Positions 56,341 through 64,000 of a stretch of 64,000 nt of DNA are shown here, piece by piece. Source of the stretch: Hormiphora californensis (lineage: Eukaryota; Animalia; Ctenophora); NCBI GenBank assembly GCA_020137815.1, contig CM035362.1, positions 3,844,001 to 3,908,000 of the forward strand, read 5' to 3'. Made by a program: the position numbers and the translations under genes. Each line of letters begins with the position of its first letter. The first letter of the stretch is position 1. A model generated the notes under the pieces. It searched no databases, was not told the DNA's origin, and saw only the letters and a list, made by a program, of their open reading frames with translations.

Positions 56341-58547
56341 GACACTGTAGATGACGAAGACCTGACAGCACCACAGACGGTACACCGTGCGGAACTCTAC
56401 CCGTCATCATCTGCAACTATTCCCGGAACTCCCGGTCACATTCCCGGAAATCCTGGTCACATTCCCCCCTCGGGAAATGAAGAAGAAGGCATTCCCCGGA
56501 GACCACGCCGCCCTGCTAACAACCAATCAGCAGTTATTGATGGTAATTGATTTTTTATCCTCAAGTAAATTCTTTCAGAATGAATCTAAAAATAGCCATG
56601 TCGATATATCACATCAATTTGTAAAACTTCCCTCACTTAGCTCTATTGAGATAACTCTCTCCTAGTCTTATAGGAACAACATTTCTCTCTCCTAGTTAAA
56701 GTACCAATCTCTCTCTCTCTCACTCTGCTAGTTAAAGTAACGATCTCACATTTCCCAGCGCTACGAGAACAGCGGATAGAAGGTTACGTGAAAGTTCTAG
56801 TTGAGAATGTTCCACCCGAGGATACTGATGCTTTAGTCAAAGAAATCGCCAAATACACACGAGAGGTATGATTCAGGAAATAATGGCATTGTGATATCCG
56901 CCCTTCCTATCTCACTCTCTTTAAATTCACGTATTAAATTTTGGCCATCGCAATTTCGATGCTTATCAAAAAGTGTATTTTTAGCTGCAGACTTCGATTT
57001 CAAATTGTGTGACGTCAGTTTTGGGCCTCGTGAGCCTTTCTCTCTCTCTCTTTCTCTCTCCTTCTCTCTCTCTCTCTCCCTTCCTTTCTCTCTCTCCCTA
57101 ATCGCAGGTACTCGTGAGCCCTTTCTCCTCTATATTCTATCATATCTCTTTCTTCTCTATCTCTATCTCTCTCGCTCTCTATCTCTCTCTTCTCTCTACT
57201 CTTTCTCTCTTTCTCTATCTCTCCCCCTAATCGCACGTACTCGCAGCATTTTGTTGTGTGATAATCTGCTTTCCCAGACTCTCCAGGAGTATCTAAATCC
57301 CTTGGTAACGAAGTTACCACTTACCCTCCCTTGCCGGCCGCCAAACGAAGGCTGCAAAGCGGCCTGAGTGTGAGGTGTCTTCGATACCAACTAAATCCCC
57401 CTCCCCCGATATGATATGACGTAATGATTACTGGTTATACCCCAACTATAAAAATTTAGAAACTACCCTCCCTTCCTTTTACCCCCCCTTCCTCCCTCTA
57501 GATTGATCAACTAACCCCCTTCCTCTCTCTCTCTAGATTGATCAACTTACCCCCTTCCTCCAATTAATTTAACATTAACCCCCCTTCCTCCAAGTTTATC
57601 AACCATTAACCCCCCTTCCTCCAAGTTTATCAACCATTAACCCCCTTCCTCCAAGTTTATCAACCATTACCCCCCTTCCTCCAAGTTTATCAACCATTAA
57701 CCCCCTTCCTCCAAGTTTATCAACCATTAACCCCCTTCCTCCAAGTTATCAACCATTAACCCCCTTCCTCCAAGGTTATCAACCATTAACCCCCTTCCTC
57801 CAAGTTTATCAACCATTAACCCCCTTCCTCCAAGTTTATCAACCATTAACCCCCTTCCTCCAAGTTTATCAACCATTAACCCCCTTCCTCCAAGTTTATC
57901 AACCATTAACCCCCTTCCTCCAAGTTTATCAACCATTAACCCCCTTCCTCCCTCTCCAGATTGATCAACTAACCCCCTTCCTCTCTCTCCAGATTGATCA
58001 ACCCCCTTCCTCTCTCTCTCTAGATTGATCAACTAACCCCCTTCCTCTCTCTCTAGATTGATCAACTAACCCGCTTCCTCTCTCTCTCTCTCTCTCTCTA
58101 GATTGATCAACTAACCCCCTTCCTCTCTCTCTAGATTGATCAACTAACCCGCTTCCTCTCTAGATTGATCAACTAACCCCCTCTCTCTCCAGATTGATCA
58201 ACTAACCCCCTTCCTCTCTCTCTCTTTCTAGATTGATCAACTAACCCCCTTCCTCTCTCTCTCTCTAGATTGATCAACTAACCCCCTTCCTCCCTCTCCA
58301 GATTGGTGGCGTGGAGAGACTACACTGCCTTCCTTCTAACCCCCTTCCTCCCCGGTCCAACCCCATATTTAATGTTACTACCCCCTTGCTCCCTCTCCAG
58401 ATTGGTGGTGTGGAGAGACTACCCACAGGTGGACTGATAGTGGTAACACCCGAACAGGGGACCGACCTTTTCCAGCGGGATTACGATGGGATTAATTGGG
58501 CTGGCGTGGACGAGGGAAAACCGGTCCAGATTAGCATCGTACCTTAG
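56341..58547 (+). CDS. 3' part of a protein with a C-terminal RRM-like domain (5' exons unresolved)
   Basis: Exons 56341-56542, 56759-56865, 57278-57304 and 58401-58547 join in phase: ...YVKVLVENVPPEDTDALVKEIAKYTRETLQEYLNPLIGGVERLPTGGLIVVTPEQGTDLFQRDYDGINWAGVDEGKPVQISIVP*. Confidence 0.6.
57480..58330 (+). repeat. Compound ~30-bp tandem arrays of acceptor-like units
   Basis: CTAACCCCCTTCCTCTCTCTAG|ATTGATCAA and TTAACCCCCTTCCTCCAAG|TTTATCAACCA units precede the real acceptor CCAG|ATTGGTGG. Confidence 0.85.
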
Positions 58548-59227
58548 CAACAACCGACAAAATCAGGAAATACTGGTCCCAGATTGGCTGATCACCAGTC
58601 ACGTGACATAAATAACGAGTTCTGATTGGTTGTTTGGCCATTTCAGATGATCGTATCATGAACAATATTTGTTATTTTCTAATATCCCTCGGGGCGTGAA
58701 GACAGGGTCAAACAAGACAAGAACAACATCATTGTATTTTCAAACTTTTCTTGGCTGAGGAATCATTCAAAAACCATCTCCGGAAGAACATGGACTTTGT
58801 AAACGAATTTGATGTGAACCGACCGAATCAGGAAATACTGGTCCCTGATTGGCTGATAACCAGTCACGTGACCTAAATAACGAGTTCTGATTGGTTGTTT
58901 ACTTGTTTCGGTCGGTTCCTGTCTCCGGGAGAACATGAACTTTATAAACGAATTTGATGTGTTTCCAAGTCAAACCCACTCTGCTAACAGTTAATTGTTA
59001 TTATTTTTTAAACATGTTCAACAAAAATCACCGATTTTTCCTCTTTGTGTTATACTATTTCCAACTATCTCACTACTATCTCACTCCATATTTCAGCAGC
59101 TTTAGAATGGCAGCTCCTGATAAGAGAGACACTCCGAACACTCCCCCATTTCCGGGAGCTATGATATACGACGGTTACATGCTTCAAAAATGCCCGTGTG
59201 GGCTATCAAAGAAATTGCCATCTCTTT

Positions 59228-59353
<126 letters not shown>

Positions 59354-60001
59354 CCTCTCTGTTTACAGGGAATGACACCCAATCGCCCTCTTTGACTGAC
59401 ACCTTAGCCAGCCTTCCAGCAACACACACACTACATCTCTCTCCCTCTCTCTCTCTCTGTACTTCCTTTGTCGACCTCCATCCCCTGCCTCCTCTGGTCT
59501 GAGAGTGCCATGCCATATTAGAGAGAAGAGAGAGAGATAGAGCGAGAGAGGGGGAGAGAGAAGAGAGAGAGAGAGAGAAAGAGAGTGGAGGAGAGATGGA
59601 AGAGATAGCTTGCCTACACTCGCGCAGGTTGCGAGCCGTGGTGTGGACCTCTCATCCCATCTCTGTCGTCTCTCCCTTTCTCATCCCTTTTACTGTCATG
59701 ATTTCTCGTGAACGTAACGCGCCGCGACCTCCTTACAATGCAAGGTCCCAATTCTGGCATGGTCAACCGCGCGCCGGGGGTAGAGCTATGACCGTGGGAA
59801 ATATCACGCAAGTGTGCTGGCTGGCGCTGCGGACCCCATCTGAGAATGAAATTGGGGCCTGACGCTGCCAGACAGCAAATGAGGGTTTTTCAGTTTGAAT
59901 ATACACAGTCGGTCCCTTTTTCTCTCCCTTCTCTTTCTCTATCTCTCTCTCTCTCTCTACCCGTGTCTTTCTCCCTTTCCGGTTCCCATTCCCTGTTTCT
60001 A

Positions 60002-60074
<73 letters not shown>

Positions 60075-60089
60075 CTCTCTCTCTCTCAT

Positions 60090-60160
<71 letters not shown>

Positions 60161-60206
60161 CTCTCTCAGTCTCTCTCTCTCTCTGCCTCTCTCCCTATTT
60201 ATAGCA

Positions 60207-61899
60207 ATGGGACATCATGTCAAGGGTGAAGTCTGCCTCTCAAGACCAGAATATAGGGCCCCCAACACACCAAATGCCGTCAAGGTATGTCACAGCATTT
60301 CATGGTTGGGTGTTGTTGGTGATCCCTCCGACCCCCTGAAGTTGTCACAAAGAAGTTGGGCGTTCACTTTCAGACCTGTCTGGCGCTGCCAGACCTGGCC
60401 CCGTCTTGATTTTCAGAATCTGTTGGGCTCAGATCGTGTGTCATGTCGGCGCCAGACAGATTAGATTGAGAATGTATCACGTGATCCCTATTTAATAATT
60501 ATCTCTCCCACCCCGTTCACAGGTTTTCTCAGTTGCCCAAGAGTCCCTTTATCTGCTCATCCATAACGTACCAGCGGTAAATCTTCTTCAGGAGTTGTCC
60601 CAACTCCTCCAAAACTCTGGAACCCTCGTCAGGTATGGCTGTATGGCGGCGCCATAGCCCAATTTGACATGAGTGCGCTCAGAATCTGATGGGGTCGGCG
60701 GCGCCAGACAGGTCAGGTAATACTAGTACCTGACCTGTCTGGTGCCACGCAGACCCCATCAGATGGGGTCCATCTGAGCTCTCAACTCGGGGTACTAGGT
60801 GGGGGGTTATGATTTAACGCCACATCAAGGTGGTCAAGATGTGGCGTCAAGTTGACCATATATTCATGATATTGACTTCAACACCGTTTCATCCACACAG
60901 GTTTGAGGTACACAGTTCAAATTTGGACGAGTTTACTGAGGTCTATCTCGCTAAATACTCATCTCTCCTCTCTGCCAGGTATGTACCCAGTTGGCCTGTC
61001 AGAGCATTGGCCCAATATTCTCATTTCTTTCTGTCAGAACATTTGCCCAATATTCTGATCAGAAATCCCATTTCTCTGTAGAGTTCTCCCTGAGGATCAA
61101 TTTCCTACAATATCACAATAATTTCGCCCAGGTACATAAAACGGAAGTTTGATAATCATCCCTTCTATGGAAATGCTCTTCACATCACGTACGCCCCGGA
61201 ATTGGAAAGTGTCCAAGAATGCGGCGAGAAGATGGATAAACACGCCGAGTGGGCTATCAAAATGGTAACCTCTCATCTTAGTTAATGTAATTAACTCTCT
61301 TTTGCTCTCTCTCCTTAGTTAAAGTAACGATCTCTCCTTTTCAGCTGCAACCTTCCCAGCCAATACGGCCATACCCAAAGAAACATCGAAACATTAGTAA
61401 TCCTTTCTCTCACCCGAAACCAGCCCTACAGCCCTCCAATTGTGTCCGTCCTAAGAGTAACCAGAATGTTGCTCCTTCATCAAACCAACCGTCTGTTATC
61501 TCAGTGCTGCCATCTCACATTCCCGGAGATCATGTGGCAAAGAACCGAATTAGAAGTTCAACTTCCTCCCTCTCATTTCCAAGCTCCATGGTACCTCGTC
61601 AAGTAAGGCAACAATCAGTATTGAAGCCAGTCCAAACTGGAAAATCACCTGATTCTGGTGTAGAAACACCTTCGTTACTACAGGGTGTTGTCATGGAAAC
61701 ACCCATAGAAACACCTTCGTTACTGCAGGGTGTTGTCATGGAAACACCCATAGAAACACCGTCGTTACTGCACGGTGTTGCTATGGAAACACCAACACCT
61801 TTGTTACTGGGAACACCCACAGAAACACCCAAATGTGTGCCTGTGATACCGGCGTCGAAAGAAGGAATTCGGAAACAGAAAAAACGGCGGAGAATCTGA
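60207..61899 (+). CDS. RBM48: RNA-binding protein 48 (minor spliceosome factor)
   Basis: Exons 60207-60284, 60523-60632, 60901-60978, 61132-61264 and 61345-61899 give HHVKGEVCLSRPEYR...AVKVFSVAQESLYLLIHNVPAV...DEFTEVYLAKY...KRKFDNHPFYGNALHITYAPELESVQEC...KKRRRI*. Confidence 0.9.
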
Positions 61900-62306
61900 T
61901 TTTTGGATCAAAAACAATAACTCGGGTGGGTAACTTAGAAACGAATTATCAAAACAAAAACTACAACACAAACTTATATGTTTCCCCAACACATTATTAT
62001 TTAATAATCAACCAACTACAGTTTAATTTCTGGGTGTCACTGCACTACAGCTTAATAAACTCCCAAATTGTCCAGATCCCTATAGAACACGAATCTTGTT
62101 ACTATGGTAACCATGCCAGTTATCACTGTCCGTTATACCAGCTTACATCGTCTAATGCCTCATGGATCCCATTTCTGAGGAACGAGAAATATTGTCAAAC
62201 ACAAAATCGTGAAAACTATTAATCATGGCATGATGCCCGAACTCTTGTTGAGTAACTCAACAAACGAAGAAATGATATAATTCCAAACAACTGAAATATA
62301 TTAATT

Positions 62307-64000
62307 CTACTCACTGCGGCTGCTTCCTCCCTTCGAGTATCCTTTACTTCCACTTTTACTATATCCAGATCCACCCTTGCTATATCCACCGCTACTGGCA
62401 GATCCACCCTTGCTATATCCACCACTACTGGCAGAGCCACCCTTGCTATATCCACCGCTACTGGCAGATCCACCCTTGTTATATCCACCACTAGCAGATC
62501 CACCGTGAGAGCTGAATCCACCACTTCCGTTTCCAAATCCACCTCCGCTGGAATAACTCACTCCCTTGCTGTAACCTCCGCTGGGAGAGGATCGACCACC
62601 ACCACCACCGACTTTGGAGGAACCTCCACCGCTGCTGCCCATTTTGGTGCCAGCTGAAAAGCGGACACTGCCACCACCTGGAAACACATAATGAATTCAG
62701 TTACTATGGTAACCATGGTATACACACAATGATTAGGTTGGTGATAATTGGGGGAACACATGATCAGGTCAGTGCTGTCTGGCGCCGCCGACCCCATCTG
62801 AGAATCAAATGGGGTATGGGCGCCGCCATACAGGGTTAGTGATAATCGGGGGATGTATTGGGTATAATGTATTGGGTACAATGTATAATTATAAAAACTG
62901 TTAGTTTGGGGAGGGAGGGAGGGAGGGAGGGGCTACTACAGAGACATATAAATTGGCAAGGGTTTGGGAAATCTGCTCTGATCTGTTTGGGTTTGTTGAG
63001 TAGAGGGATGGGACTAATACTCAACATAGCTAGTCTACCTTCTGTCTGTTCGGTTAGTTTGTCTGTCTGTCCGTCATCAGTAGCTGTATGTCTGTCTGTG
63101 TGTCTGTCCTCCTTCTCCTCGCTGGACCCCCGCACGGTACCCAACCCCTCATTTATAACCAACCCCATGAGGGGTTTACCGTGGCCCCGACCCATGATTA
63201 GACCGGGGGAGCCTGGTCTGCCCACTGGAGATGGACATGGAGAGGTAAAGAACACTGGAGATCCTCTCCTTGTGACGTCATGCGTTGATGACGTCACGGT
63301 AATGTCATGATGCTTGGTGGATGATGCTGGGGGTCTAAAGTCTGCTGGGAGTTCTTCTTGTGGTTCTGGTAATGGAACATCGTCTTCATCTCCAGGAGCT
63401 TCAGACTCCCCCAATACTTCAGACTCCCCCAATACTTCAGACTCCCCCAATACTTCAGACTCCCCCAGTACTTTTAACTCCCCCAATACTTCAGACTCCT
63501 GCAATACTTCAGCTTCTAAATCCCCCAGTGCTTCAGTTTTCAACTCATCTACTGCAAACTCTGTTACCCCCTGCATCACTACCTCCGTTCTCATTTCACC
63601 TGTAGACGCTACTGATCCCGGTCTAAACTCCATTGGAGAACCTTCTCTCATCGTAATCTCAGACTCAAGTAACGTGGGGGATTCCCTCCCGTCTCCATAG
63701 GAAAATAGTGAATCAGTAGCCACCATATCCTCACAGGAGTAAACAGGGCTAGGTGCAAAACGAGACCCCCCACCGGGGCTGGGAGGGTGGGGCGAGGGGA
63801 CGGAGGAAAATGGCGAGCTCGGGGCGTCAGAGTGACCTGCAGGGCTCATGGAGAGAAGGGATTCAGAGTGACCTGCAGGGCTCATGGAGAGAAGGGATTC
63901 TGAGAATGCCGGGCTCATGGAGAGAAGGGATTCTGAGAATGCAGGACTGGCTGCTGGGGTTGCCCTTAAGGGAGTCCTTCGTCCCGTGTCTATTTTAGAT
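62307..64000 (-). CDS. 3' part of a low-complexity protein with Ser/Pro-rich region and Gly/Ser/Tyr-repeat tail
   Basis: The frame is open from the window edge to a donor at 63039 (phase 1). The last exon, 62677-62307, has GGSASSGGYSK repeats. No family recognised. Confidence 0.65.

Overview
This is intron-rich, repeat-dense animal genomic DNA, most likely from a cydippid ctenophore (Pleurobrachia/Hormiphora-like). That assignment rests on a 40-nt match to the ctenophore spliced-leader sequence as I recall it, a ctenophore-typical extracellular domain and characteristic MITE families. Genes were spliced by hand. They are DDX3/PL10 (-, 5' half), TAF13, DNAJC8, two tandem C2H2/C2HC zinc-finger genes, two orphan genes, a secreted five-sushi protein nested antisense in an intron, an RRM-like gene fragment, RBM48, and the 3' part of a gene with a Gly/Ser/Tyr-rich tail. 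Mobile DNA includes a 5'-truncated CRE-like REL retrotransposon, three large foldback elements and many MITEs with readable TSDs. Four observations stand out. (1) The two zinc-finger genes share an unrecognised ~50-aa N-terminal domain, encoded almost entirely by its own phase-1 exon, which may be a lineage-specific KRAB/ZAD-style effector module. (2) Branch point + acceptor + exon-start units are tandemly amplified before many exons, including a 19-acceptor AG|GT array resembling recursive splice sites. (3) Every complete gene has an acceptor AG 1-14 nt upstream of its ATG, and TAF13, DNAJC8 and ZF gene 1 lie about 1 kb apart on the same strand, suggesting SL trans-splicing and possibly an operon. 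(4) An SL copy lacks the GT donor. Three stretches (~24.6-26.9 kb, ~52.3-53.0 kb, ~55.6-56.2 kb) look like sequencing or assembly noise.
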